A DNA stretch of 64,000 bases from Candidatus Doudnabacteria bacterium (GTDB lineage Bacteria > Patescibacteriota > Doudnabacteria > UBA920): assembly GCA_963837465.1 (NCBI GenBank), contig CAWINB010000004.1, positions 724,393-788,392 of the forward strand. Direction: 5' to 3'. The position numbers and the translations under genes were made by a program. Position 1 is the first letter of the stretch; the number at the start of each line of letters is the position of its first letter. Below are positions 1 through 10,325 of this stretch, one piece after another. The notes below the pieces were generated by a model. It was given only the letters and a program-made list of their open reading frames with translations. It did no database searches and had not been told where the DNA came from.

Positions 1-752
1 CCGGAAATTTTGTACAATTCGTTTTTTGTGATATGCGGACTCCAGACTTTTTGCCAGCCCTTTTTGGCCCGCAGGCTTTGCGAATATTCATTCAGCAGTT
101 CACGGATTAAAGCGCCTTTGGGGGTAAACAAGGGCAGCCCTTTGCCTACCAAGTCGGAAATGGTGAACAAATCCAGTTGTTGCCCAAGTTTTCTGTGGTC
201 GCGTTTTTCCGCTTCGGCAATCATCGCGAGATATTTATCCAGTTCCTCCTTGGTGCCAAAAGCCACGCCGTAAACGCGCGTCAGCATTTTATTTTTTTCG
301 TTGCCGCGCCAGTAGGCGCCGGCGACTTTTGTGAGCTTAAAAGCGTCGGGTTTAATTTCTTTTTTTGGCGACAGCGAGTGGCCGCCTTTGCACAAGTCCA
401 CAAAACCGCCGGAAGTATAAAAAGTCAGGTTTTTGCCGGCGCCGGCTAATTCATCAATCAGTTCAGTCTTGTATTCGTTCCAGGCGAATTGTTTTTTTGC
501 TTCCTCAAGGGAAACTTCCGTGCCTTCAAAAGTCTCCCAGGTGGGTAAAAGTTGCCGCATCTTTTTTTCAATCTTGGGTAAATCTTTGTCCGTAATCGGC
601 GCGGGTAAATCAAAATCCTGGTAAAAGCCGTCGTCTATGGCCGGTCCGATGGCATTTTTGGAGCCGGGATACAGCTGAATTACGGCCGCGGCCAGCAAAT
701 GAGCCAGGGAGTGGCGGATGGGTTCAAGGTTTTTTTGGTTATTGTCGTCCAT
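1..752 (-). CDS. thrS: threonyl-tRNA synthetase, N-terminal part; the gene runs off the window start
   Basis: The minus strand 752->1 translates MDDNNQKNLEPIRHSLAHLLAAAV..., the ThrRS editing-domain signature. ATG is at 750-752 and there is no stop before the window edge. Confidence 0.8.
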   Translation of the reverse strand, partial: MDDNNQKNLEPIRHSLAHLLAAAVIQLYPGSKNAIGPAIDDGFYQDFDLPAPITDKDLPKIEKKMRQLLPTWETFEGTEVSLEEAKKQFAWNEYKTELIDELAGAGKNLTFYTSGGFVDLCKGGHSLSPKKEIKPDAFKLTKVAGAYWRGNEKNKMLTRVYGVAFGTKEELDKYLAMIAEAEKRDHRKLGQQLDLFTISDLVGKGLPLFTPKGALIRELLNEYSQSLRAKKGWQKVWSPHITKNELYKIS

Positions 753-756
753 AATA

Positions 757-1776
757 TTATTCGGTTAATTGATTACGCAAATACGCAAAAATTTGTTTGT
801 GAAGTTTTATAAAATGTTTAAACTGCTTTTTATTTTTAGCCAGTTCTTGGTTGCTGCCAACGTCCACCAAAATAGCGCCGAGCGAACGTTCCAGCAGCAG
901 CGTCAAAATCCGCCGCCGGAAATAACCGTCTTTTTTTACCCCGGGGATGGTTTGATAAATTTTCAGCCAATTGTTGATATATTTTTTTATTTGGCCGGTG
1001 CCGATTGATTCGTCTCTCAACTGCTGCAGGCGCGTGTAAACGTTAAAAGCCAGATCGTAATATTTGGGCTGCCAGCGCCAGAACAGATTGGACAGCAAAA
1101 TATACTGTCCATCTTTGCTGGCTAAAATATCATCCGGTGAAAGATGTCCGTGGCCAAAAACCATTGGGTGGTCGGCTAAAAATTTATCGGCTAAACCCCG
1201 GTAAGCAATCAGTTCATTTTTGTAATCTTTAAAACCGGTGTATTTTTTAAAACGGCACAACTCCGTCCATTTTAGCACGCGGTCAAAGGAAAAATCCAGC
1301 GCTCCAGGGCAGCTTTGTTTTATAAAGGCTTTTTTTACCGCCTTGGCCCGGAATTCCCGGTAAAAATCCGCGAAGATCCGCATATCTTTTTTAACCGCCA
1401 GCCCGTCACCGTAAATTTTTTTTCCGCTGACAAATTCCGAAATAATAAAACCGTATCCTTTGGCTTTGGACCATTTTTGCGACAGGTAGATTTTTGGCAG
1501 CCGTATAACCTTGCTTTTATTTTGTTTTTCAAAATCCGCCATCAAATCGGTTTCATTAACTTCCGGTTTTAGCCCCTGAAGTTTTAAAGCCGCGGGATTG
1601 TCTTTATAAATGCCGCTGTAAATAACACTGCCGACTTTGTTATTATCCAAAATCCTGCCGCGATAAATTTCCCCGCCCACTACGAAACCTGTTTGCCCGC
1701 AGACATCCCTTAAAGCCGCTTTGGCTTGGCCGGCAAAATTTTGGTGGCTGAAATATTTTTCGGTAATTTTGTTCAT
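757..1776 (-). CDS. phosphotransferase-family protein (APH/choline-kinase-like fold), function unknown
   Basis: 339-aa ORF 5 bp upstream of thrS. The motif HGHLSPDDIL...YDLAF resembles the APH-family HGDxHxxN...D catalytic and metal loops. Confidence 0.45.
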   Translation of the reverse strand: MNKITEKYFSHQNFAGQAKAALRDVCGQTGFVVGGEIYRGRILDNNKVGSVIYSGIYKDNPAALKLQGLKPEVNETDLMADFEKQNKSKVIRLPKIYLSQKWSKAKGYGFIISEFVSGKKIYGDGLAVKKDMRIFADFYREFRAKAVKKAFIKQSCPGALDFSFDRVLKWTELCRFKKYTGFKDYKNELIAYRGLADKFLADHPMVFGHGHLSPDDILASKDGQYILLSNLFWRWQPKYYDLAFNVYTRLQQLRDESIGTGQIKKYINNWLKIYQTIPGVKKDGYFRRRILTLLLERSLGAILVDVGSNQELAKNKKQFKHFIKLHKQIFAYLRNQLTE

Positions 1777-1794
1777 AAGTAAGGTGTCATCTCA

Positions 1795-1900
1795 ATCCAA
1801 GGGGAATCCTCGCGCAGGCAATTTGAGATTTATATAAAATTGATTCGATAGTAATCGTTAACTATATATTAATGCTACTGCGCGAGGATTCCCCTTGGAT
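1795..1900. repeat. perfect 23-bp inverted repeat (atccaaggggaatcctcgcgcag / ctgcgcgaggattccccttggat) around a 60-nt AT-rich loop; MITE-like or a structured RNA
   Basis: Seen directly in the sequence. It lies in the 500-bp dnaE-downstream spacer that also holds hairpins at 1921-1962 and 2003-2024. Confidence 0.6.
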
Positions 1901-2224
1901 TAGCGGCATAAAACAAAACCCCGGAATTTAATCACCGATAATCATCAGCGACTAAATTCCGGGGTCCCATTTAGAGACGTTTCCGTCCCAGAATTCCTTC
2001 CAAAATTTTGGAAGGACTTTTCATCAGCCGTGGCCTCTAGAACCAAAGCAGATTTATTGCGATTTGTTTCAAACTCCCCAGGCTGGTAAACCTGGATCGA
2101 TATTTGAGAAACTAAAATTACTATAACAAATAAGCAAACTATTGGCAAGAAGTGTTTTCCACAGGCAAATTGCCGTAACAAAGGCTTTAATTCCTTTGGT
2201 AGCTTCAAGGGAATTCCGAGACTT

Positions 2225-2258
2225 TTTCCGCCGGAGGCGGATCCGCCTCCGGCGGAAA
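2225..2258. repeat. 34-bp perfect GC-rich palindrome, family A (tttccgccggaggcggatccgcctccggcggaaa)
   Basis: Perfect palindrome 27 bp 3' of dnaE. A second, slightly imperfect copy lies inside ahcY at 52346-52381. Confidence 0.8.
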
Positions 2259-2284
2259 CTTTCTACTATCAACTTTCAACTGAC

Positions 2285-5200
2285 CTAATCCACCCCGACC
2301 ATGCCAATCTCATCCACCGATCTCAGCTCCGCCATCAAATCATTATTCATTCCCACCAGGGACTGGGTTTTTATTTTTTTGGCAGAATTCCCGCTGCCTA
2401 TGGACAGGTAAACTTGGGCGTTACCGGGGTATTTTTGTAAAATCCCCTTTATCCTGTTTAAAATTTCCATATTGGCCAGGCTGGACATATGCAGAACCAC
2501 GCTCTTGTTTTTTTCCATTTCCGACAGCGCCATATTGTATAAATCGTCGCCGGGCAGTTCCTTGATTTCGTCCGCGATGAGCTTTAGCTGCTCATCTTTG
2601 TCGCTGAGCCTGCCGGTAATCCGCAGGATTTTGTCATCGCTTAAGAACGGCAAAGCTTTTTCCATAACCTTGGGAAAAACCAAAACTTCCAGGCTGCCGC
2701 CGCCGTCGCCCAGGGTAAAAAAAGCCATAGGGTCGTTTTTACGCGTTAAAGTGCGCTTAAGCCGCGACACAATGCCGCCCAAAGTCAGGTTTAAACCCAC
2801 TTCTTCCAGGGACAAGCTTTTTATGGAGCGCAGCGTGGACAGGACTTTTTTGTGATTATCAAGAGGATGCGCCGAAACGTACATGCCCAAATGCTCTTTT
2901 TCCCAGACCAGTTTTTCTTCTTTGGTGGCGGGCGCCGAGTCCTTTAATTTTAATTTTCCCATTTGCAGGGATTTGCCGAACAGGGAATTTTGCCCGCTGT
3001 TTTGGTTTTTAAAATTTTCGCGGATAAAGTCCAAAATTTCCTCGGTATTATTAAGCAGCCGGCCGCGTTCGCCGTAAGCATCCAGCGCCCCGGCTTTGAC
3101 CAGGGCCTCCCAGGATTTTTTATTGAGATTTTTGGTGTAGGCGCGGGTCAGGAAATCTTCTAGGGACGAGAAAGGCGGCAGGGTAGGATAGAGGGGGCCA
3201 ACCGGGTTACTGTTCCCCAACAGCTCACCCCTAATCCCTATAATCTTGGCTATGACATCCGACCCCAGATTTTTAATCGCGTTAAGCCCAAACCTAATCG
3301 TGCTGTGATCCACCACCGTAAAATCCCCAAGCGATTCGTTAACATCCGGCGGCAGTACGCTGATACCCAAAGCTTTGCACTCCTCCACGGCTTCGTAAAT
3401 TTTTTCCTCGTCGCCGCTTTCCGCGGTCATTAAAGCCGCCATAAATTCCACCGGGTAGTTGGCTTTCATATAGGCCGTCTGGTAACTGACGGTGCTGTAA
3501 GAAGCCGCGTGCGCTTTGCCAAAACCGTAGGCGGCAAAAGGTTCTATTAAGGCGAAAAGTTCCGCCGCCTTTTCGGCGCGCATGCCGCCTTTAACGCAGC
3601 CATCTATGAATTTAATTTTTTGCTTGGTCATTTCCACCGGAATTTTTTTGCCCATGGCTTTGCGGAATTTATCCGCCTCTTCCCAGCTGTAGCCGGCGAT
3701 TTTAATGACAGTCAGCAAGACATCGTCCTGATAAACCAGCAGGCCCAGGCTCCGCTCCAGGTATTCTTTCATCCGGGGGTCAAAATAAGCGATTTTAGAC
3801 GGGTTATGCACGCGCTCTATATATTCGGGAATAATCCCCATGGGGCCCGGACGGTAAAGCGCTATCATGGCCATAATGTCAAAAATATTTTTCGGCTTGA
3901 GTTCTTTCAGATAGCGGGTAATGCCGGAAGACCCCAGCTGGAAAACGCCAAAAGTCAGGCCTTCGGAAAGCATTTTAAAAGTTTTCGCGTCGGGATGCGG
4001 AAGGTTGTAAATATCAATTGTTAAATTATGCCTTTTTTCCACCATTCTGACGGCGGATTCCAGGATGCTGAGGTTGCGAATGCCCAGCAAATCCAGTTTT
4101 ACGACGCCCAGAGCCCCGCTGCCGCCGGAATTCACATCCAGCGCGTACATGTCGTATTGGGTGATAATCCGCTCGCCGTCCGGCTCTTTTTGCAGAGGCA
4201 TGTAGTCGGTTAAGGCGGTGGGGGTTATGACGATTCCGGCGGCGTGCATGGAGGCGTGGCGCGCGCAACCCTCCAGTTTTTTGGCAATGTCCAAAACGCG
4301 TTTGGTTTCCGGGTCACGGTCGTAAATTTCCTTAAGTTCAGGGGTGTTTTGCAAAGCTTTTTCCAGCGTCATTAAAAAGCCCTGCTTTCCCAGAGGAATC
4401 ATTTTGGCAATTTGGTCGCACTTGGAATAAGGGATGGCCAGAGCGCGGCCGACATCCCTGACCGAGGCGCGCGCGGCCATGGTCCCAAAAGTTATAATTT
4501 GCGCGACTTTATCCGGGCCGTATTTTTTTGTGATGTAAACAATTGATTCGTCCCGGCGGTTATCGGCAATATCCAAATCTATATCGGGCGGAGCGGGGCG
4601 GTACATGGTTAAAAAACGCTCAAAGGGCAATTCGTAATATAAAGGGTCGACATTTGTAATGCCCAAAATCCGGCCCACGATGCTGCCGGCGGCGCTTCCT
4701 CTGGTGTTGGTAATAGCGCCGATATTATGGGCGCCCCGCACCACGTCCGCGACCATTAAAAAGTAACTGTCAAAACCTTTTTTGCAGATAATGTTGAGTT
4801 CGTAATCTATGCGGGTTTTAATTTCTTCCGGAATAGCAAGGTGTTCATCAACCCGGCTGTCATCGCGAGGAGCCCCGGAGGAATCCATCGGCGACGAAGC
4901 AATCTTTTCTTCGATGCTTGGATCAGATTGCTTCGGCCGCGCCCGCGATGACACATCTATAGGCTTGCCGTACAGCGGCAATGCTTTTTCATAAGTGACC
5001 TTCCTTAAATAATCCGCCGATGTTGTTCCTTGGGGGATTTCTACTTTTGGAAAGTATCTTTGGTCTGTCAAAATTTCCAAACTGCATAAATCCGCCACTT
5101 TTTGGGTATTTTGCACCGCCTCGGGAATATCGTAAAAAAGTTCCAGCATTCTTTCGCCGGATTTTAAAGACAGGTCATAACCGCGCATGTCCAAACGGTC

Positions 5201-5906
5201 GGCATCGTTTACCGTTCTGCCGGTACCGATGCAGACCATTACGTCCTGCGCTTCGGCATCTTCCGGGTATATATAGTGGCAGTCGGCCGTGGCCACCAGG
5301 TCAAGGTTGTTTTTTTTGGCCAGCGCCATTAATTTTTGGTTGAGCAGTTCTTCTTTAGGGTCGCCGGTTTTGCTGTTGCGCTGGATTTCTATAAACAATT
5401 TTTCCCTGCCGAAAATGTCCAGATATTTTTCCAAAACTTTTTGCGCCTCTTCCTCGGGTTTGCTCATAACCGACCGGGCAATCTCGCCGCGTTGGCAGCC
5501 GGAAAGGCAAATTAAGCCCTCGGCGTGGTTTTTCAGCAAGGCCAAATCTATCCGCGGCTTGTAATAAAATCCCCGCAAATGCGCTTCGGTGGTCAGCTTG
5601 ATTAAATTTTTATAGCCGGCGTCGTTTTGGGCCAGCAGGATTAGATGATGGTAATCGGCGTCAATTCTCCCTTCTTTTTCTTCCATGCCGCGCGGAGCAA
5701 TGTAAGCCTCAACTCCCACAATGGGTTTAACTCCGACTTCCCGGCAGTGATTATAAAATTCAATCGTCCCGTACATGACACCGTGATCCGTTACCGCAAT
5801 GCTGTCCATATCCAGTTCCTTGGCGCGTTCAACAAGCGGCTCGATTTTGCTTAAACCGTCCAGTAATGAATAATGGCTGTGGCAGTGGAGATGGGTGAAT
5901 TTCATT
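2285..5906 (-). CDS. dnaE: DNA polymerase III alpha subunit
   Basis: PHP-domain start MKFTHLHCHSHYSLLDG. The protein is collinear with DnaE along its full length. The ORF could extend to 6010, but the conserved start is at 5906. A roughly 45-aa low-complexity insert precedes the fingers region. Confidence 0.9.
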
Positions 5907-6071
5907 TTAATAGAAGCTGAGGGTGCGGCGCTGAACGCAAAGGCTGTATGTTGGCTCTGTGGTTGCGGCGTTTGTGTCAGCCCCGTTTTCGCAGCTTCCG
6001 CAAACAGCATACCAAAAATCCCCCGACTTTGCTATAATAAAATTGTAAAAAACAAACAAAATCGCGCTATT

Positions 6072-6944
6072 ATGTCGCTGTTAAAAGATAAAATTGAAAT
6101 TGGGATAGAAGAAGTCGAGCTTGAGGCGCAAACAACCCTGGGCCGCTTCCCGCCGTTTTTTAGGTGGGTGTTTATTTTTCTGATTTTGGCGATAATCCCG
6201 GCGTATTATATTGCCAAAGACGTTTCCTGCAGAATTTGGTTGTCCCGTTACGGCCAGGGCGCCATTACAGCCAAGCCGAGCTTTACCAATCCCCAGGCTC
6301 CGCAAATTTCTCCGGTCAGCGTTACCACTTTGGGTTCGGGCCAGTACGCGGCCATTGCCCAAATCAGCAATCCCAACCTGGATTTGTCGCTGGATAAAGT
6401 TCCGTATGAGTTTGATTTCTATAACGCCCAAAAACAGCAAATTTACAGCTACGATGGCGCTTTTTTTCTTTTACCCAACCAGACCAAGTACCTGACAGTG
6501 CCGACATTTTCCCTGCCCGCCCAGATAACTTATGCCAATGCGGCGCTGCCGCAAACCTTGCCCTGGCAAAAACGCCTGCGGATTCCCCAGGTTGCCTTAA
6601 ATACTTCGCTGCCGAGCACGTCAACCCAATTTTCCCCCGAAGCCTTTGTGGTCCAGGGTAATTTTGTAAACAACAGCCCTTACAGCCTGGGCCAGGTGCG
6701 CCTGACTTTTGTGCTGTTTGATACCGGCGGTAAAATCATCGGCGTAAGCCAGCGCGACGAATTCACCGTCGCCCCGTTTGAGACCCGCGCCTACAAGCAG
6801 CTGTGGCCAAATATGACCGTAAATAATCTTGGCCAGGTCCAGGTTACGGCGGATACCGATACGCTGGACCCGAACAATATTTCCATTCCAACGGTGGCTC
6901 CGGGCCCGGCATCGGATTTGAGCCATCCGGGGACCAATCCTTAA
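6072..6944 (+). CDS. hypothetical membrane-anchored protein (one N-terminal TM helix, Pro/Ser/Thr-rich beta-type ectodomain)
   Basis: The ORF starts at MSLLKDKIEIG within the 5895..6944 frame. There is a hydrophobic helix FRWVFIFLILAIIPAYYI and no recognisable family. Confidence 0.5.
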   Translation: MSLLKDKIEIGIEEVELEAQTTLGRFPPFFRWVFIFLILAIIPAYYIAKDVSCRIWLSRYGQGAITAKPSFTNPQAPQISPVSVTTLGSGQYAAIAQISNPNLDLSLDKVPYEFDFYNAQKQQIYSYDGAFFLLPNQTKYLTVPTFSLPAQITYANAALPQTLPWQKRLRIPQVALNTSLPSTSTQFSPEAFVVQGNFVNNSPYSLGQVRLTFVLFDTGGKIIGVSQRDEFTVAPFETRAYKQLWPNMTVNNLGQVQVTADTDTLDPNNISIPTVAPGPASDLSHPGTNP

Positions 6945-7002
6945 TCCTTAATCCTTGACCGGTTGAGGATGGAAATGTTAAAGATAAAGGATTAAGGGTA
7001 AA

Positions 7003-8103
7003 ATGATAAAATTCCTAAACCGTTTTAAATATATAGATATCCCGCTGCTCGTGGCCGTTGTGCTGTTGTCTTTGTCGGGTTCGGCCATTTTATACGCCAC
7101 CACGCTTTCGGAAGACAGCAAGGCGATTTTTTACCGCCAGCTGATTTTTTTCATCCTGGGTTTTGGCGGCTTTTTTTTCTTCAGCTTGTTTGATTATCAC
7201 CGTTTGGCCAAAATAAACCGCATTGTTTACGTGGCCTGCGTTTTGTTGTTGTTTTACGTTTTGGTATTCGGCACCCTTGTCCACGGCGGCCGCCGCTGGC
7301 TGAGCATAGCTTTTTTGGGTTTCCAGCCCGCGGAACTGGTGAAGCTTTCGGTAATTTTGGGTCTGTCGCGCCTGCTGTATTTAAAGCGCGGCCAGATAAA
7401 TTCCTGGAGCACTTTGCTGTGGTCTTTCGCTTATGCTTTTGTGCCCGCGGCGCTGATTTTGGTCCAGCCGGATTTAGGCTCGGCCATAATTATTTTAAGT
7501 CTTTGGATGGGTATAATTTTATTAAGTCCGATTAAAAAAAGGTTTTTGGCCGTACTGTTTATTTTGTTTCTGGTGTTTGTGGGAGCGGGCTGGAAGTTTG
7601 TTTTAAAGCCTTACCAAAAAGACAGGGTTATGGTTTTTATAAATCCGGGATTGGATCCCCAGGGCCGCGGCTACAACGTGGAGCAGGCCACCATTGCCGT
7701 GGGCAGCGGAGAATTTTTTGGCCGCGGCCTGGGCAAAGGCGTGCAAAGCCAGCGCAAATTTTTACCCGAACGCCAGACGGATTTTATTTACGCCGCCGCC
7801 AGCGAGGAAATTGGTTTTTTGGGTTCCTTTACCCTGCTCGGGCTGTATTTTTTCCTGATTTTCCGGCTGCTAAAAATTTTACGGGAAGCCAGGGACGATT
7901 TGGGTATGTATATTTGCGGGGGCGCGCTGTTTTTTTTCTTTTTTCAGGTCTTAATTAACGTTGGGATGAACGTAGGCCTTTTGCCGGTAACCGGCATTCC
8001 TTTGCCGTTTGTTTCGGCCGGCGGCAGTTCCCTGGTGGTAAGCTTGCTTATTTTAGGCATAGCGGAAAATGTCAGTCTGCAGTCCAAGGCTTTGCGGTTT
8101 TAA
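7003..8103 (+). CDS. SEDS-family peptidoglycan glycosyltransferase (FtsW/RodA)
   Basis: Polytopic membrane protein carrying the SEDS motifs VQPDLGSAII, RQTDFIYAAASEEIGFLG and PVTGIPLPFVSAGGSS. Confidence 0.85.
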   Translation: MIKFLNRFKYIDIPLLVAVVLLSLSGSAILYATTLSEDSKAIFYRQLIFFILGFGGFFFFSLFDYHRLAKINRIVYVACVLLLFYVLVFGTLVHGGRRWLSIAFLGFQPAELVKLSVILGLSRLLYLKRGQINSWSTLLWSFAYAFVPAALILVQPDLGSAIIILSLWMGIILLSPIKKRFLAVLFILFLVFVGAGWKFVLKPYQKDRVMVFINPGLDPQGRGYNVEQATIAVGSGEFFGRGLGKGVQSQRKFLPERQTDFIYAAASEEIGFLGSFTLLGLYFFLIFRLLKILREARDDLGMYICGGALFFFFFQVLINVGMNVGLLPVTGIPLPFVSAGGSSLVVSLLILGIAENVSLQSKALRF

Positions 8104-8140
8104 AGGACAATGCTATAATTTAGATGTTCGAATTTACGAA

Positions 8141-8215
8141 TGGAGACGAATCAGCGAGTGTTTATCAATTCGCGGATTCGTGACGATTCGTATATTCGTT
8201 TCAATTCGTAGATTA
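8141..8215. repeat. intergenic repeat family D (core cgattcgtatattcgtttcaattc), copy 1
   Basis: The 24-bp core is identical to 47709-47732. The surrounding acgaat/attcg-rich sequence is also shared. Confidence 0.6.
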
Positions 8216-8224
8216 GAATAGATT

Positions 8225-8599
8225 ATGAAAAATTTTGATTTGAAAAAAATCATTAAGTGGCTGGGGTTTATTTTAAAGTGCCCGGTTTGCGGCAACAAAT
8301 ACAACCTGGACAGGACCAGGATTTTGGAAACCCAGCAGCACGAAGCTTTTAACCAGGCCCGCATTTTAATCCACTCCGACTGCCACAAATGCAAAAGCTC
8401 GGTTATGTTCAACGTGGAGATTTCCGGTCCCGAAGTCTTTAGCGTGGGCGTAATTACAGACCTCACCTCCTCCGACAGCGCCAAGTTCAACAAGCTCCAA
8501 CCCATTGCCGCCAACGAAATTATAGGCATCCATCAGGCCTTAAAGGAATTTAAAGGGGATTTTGTCTCCGGATTTACCCACGTCCCGTCAAAAAATTAG
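8225..8599 (+). CDS. hypothetical zinc-ribbon protein
   Basis: Contains CPVCGN...CHKCKS, two Cys pairs. No other similarity was recognised. Confidence 0.5.
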   Translation: MKNFDLKKIIKWLGFILKCPVCGNKYNLDRTRILETQQHEAFNQARILIHSDCHKCKSSVMFNVEISGPEVFSVGVITDLTSSDSAKFNKLQPIAANEIIGIHQALKEFKGDFVSGFTHVPSKN

Positions 8600-8640
8600 C
8601 TAATTTTTTGACCCAAAGATGTGAGTCCAATAACCGTTGC

Positions 8641-8680
8641 CATCCCGGAATTTTCAGGGCTGTGAAAATATCCGGGATCC
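8641..8680. repeat. 40-bp near-palindromic intergenic element, family C (catcccggaattttcagggctgtgaaaatatccgggatcc)
   Basis: A reverse-complement copy lies at 20768-20809 with only a few differences. Confidence 0.65.
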
Positions 8681-8766
8681 AGAACCAGGCTTATTTACTG
8701 GACCCCGGATCTCGGACGCGCTTGTCCGGGGTGGACACTATAGAGGTTATCGGATTCACATCCAAA

Positions 8767-8794
8767 CCCCCTTGCCAAAAGCAGGGGCTTTTGT
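8767..8794 (+). terminator. putative rho-independent terminator downstream of 8225..8599
   Basis: Stem ccccttgc/gcagggg with one bulge, followed by cttttgtt. Confidence 0.4.
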
Positions 8795-8944
8795 TACAAT
8801 CATCAAACATTAAGATTTTGTGAGTAGGCAAGTAGGCTGTTATTTTGAATTTAATTGGCGATCCATTTTCTATTCTATGGATCCTGAAACAAGTTTAGGA
8901 TGACACTCGGAAGCTGATGGGCAAAGTCATCAAGAAAGATTTAA

Positions 8945-9643
8945 ATGGACAAATTGCAGCTACAAGCGCAGGCGCGCGATTTAAAAACCACCACGCCGGC
9001 CAAGTTGCGCAAAGTCGGCAGATTGCCCGCGGTTTTGTACGGGCATAAGGTGCAAAATGAGAATTTAACCGTAGACGCGCGGGAATTTGACAAGCTGTTA
9101 AAAAAAGCGGGCGAGAGCACGATTGTGGAATTGGTCACGGAAGACGGCAAAACGCATCCTGTTTTGCTCCACGACGTCCAAACCCATTACTTAACCAGCC
9201 AGCCCACGCACGTGGATTTTTACCAGGTCAGCATGACGGAAAAACTCAAAGCCAAAGTGGTTTTGGAATTTACCGGCGAAGCTCCGGCCGTAAAGACTCT
9301 GGGCGGTATTTTGGTCAAGGTTTTAAACGAACTGGAAGTGGAATGTTTACCGGCTGATTTGCCCCACAACATTATAGTTAGCCTGGATATTTTAAAAACT
9401 TTGCAGGACTCCATCCACATTAAAGACTTGGCAATTCCGGCTAAAGTTAAAGTTTTAACTCCCGCCGAGGAACTGGTTATTAAAGTCCAGCCGCCGCGCG
9501 ATGTGGAAGCGGAACTGGCCGCCCCGGTTGTGGAAGATATCAGCAAAGTGGAAGGCGCGGCCGAACAAAAGCCCGATGCCGCTTTAGCTCCCGCGGCCAA
9601 AGACGACAAGAAAAAAGAAGAAAAATCCGCGGAGAAGAAATAA
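8945..9643 (+). CDS. rplY: 50S ribosomal protein L25 (general stress protein Ctc form) with a Lys/Ala-rich C-terminal tail
   Basis: RKVGRLPAVLYGHK...VDFYQV and the L25 beta-barrel are present throughout. Confidence 0.85.
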   Translation: MDKLQLQAQARDLKTTTPAKLRKVGRLPAVLYGHKVQNENLTVDAREFDKLLKKAGESTIVELVTEDGKTHPVLLHDVQTHYLTSQPTHVDFYQVSMTEKLKAKVVLEFTGEAPAVKTLGGILVKVLNELEVECLPADLPHNIIVSLDILKTLQDSIHIKDLAIPAKVKVLTPAEELVIKVQPPRDVEAELAAPVVEDISKVEGAAEQKPDAALAPAAKDDKKKEEKSAEKK

Positions 9644-9748
9644 CATTTTTATTAAACGCTCTGATATTAAATCGGGGCGTTTTTTTGATGTAAATTTTTA
9701 CTTTAAATAAATTAAAGTATATACTTTTAGCAAGGAGGGTCTTATAAA

Positions 9749-10186
9749 ATGAGACTCGCGGCACTCGTGGTTTGTCTTTTCGTTTCTACGGCCGGAGGAG
9801 CGGCCGAGCAGGATAATAACTTTGAAAAGCTCAAAGAAAGGATGCCTTACCCGCCATTTGCCAGGATGGCTAAAATCAGCGGAAATGTAACGTTTGAGGT
9901 TCGGGCAGCAGAAGACGGAAAAGTTGGGATAGCTGTTTTAAATGGCCTCCGGCTTTTAACAGAAACAACTTCAAAAATTATACAAGATAACTGGCCTTCC
10001 AATGAAATCGGGGCTTGGACAGTAACTGTCCATTTCTCTCTGACATTACCAAAACAAACGGAGGGAAACAAGGTAATGAGGTTTCTTAGACGGGCAAGCG
10101 TTACCTTTTGGGTGCTTATTTCCGGAAATTTTTTTACGAAAAAACTTAATCAAAATCGCAATGTTCAAGAAATACGCGTGTTTTGA
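9749..10186 (+). CDS. secreted protein with a TonB-C-like domain
   Basis: A signal peptide is followed by YPPFARMAKISGNVTFEVRAAEDGKV, which matches the TonB C-terminal YPxxAxxxGxEGxVxVxFxVxxxGxV pattern. Confidence 0.4.
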   Translation: MRLAALVVCLFVSTAGGAAEQDNNFEKLKERMPYPPFARMAKISGNVTFEVRAAEDGKVGIAVLNGLRLLTETTSKIIQDNWPSNEIGAWTVTVHFSLTLPKQTEGNKVMRFLRRASVTFWVLISGNFFTKKLNQNRNVQEIRVF

Positions 10187-10325
10187 AATTTTCATTTCAA
10201 CACACACATATCCCTTGAAGCAACTTAACTAGTTAAACCACGATTTTTTGTCTTAATTGTGTTTTAAAAATACAATCTCACGCACCCAAAAGGTAACGCT
10301 CTCCGGAGGCGCACCTGTGCCTCCG

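Noticed and set aside
1945-2272. Two small minus-strand ORFs (87 and 67 aa) in the dnaE-downstream spacer
   Set aside because: They overlap multiple perfect hairpins and palindromes and have no conserved features, so the region is more likely non-coding.
3620-4268. ORFs 3620..4024 (+), 4026..4268 (-), 4028..4213 (+) and other small ORFs inside dnaE
   Set aside because: They are antisense or out-of-frame within a strongly conserved DnaE coding region, so they are spurious.
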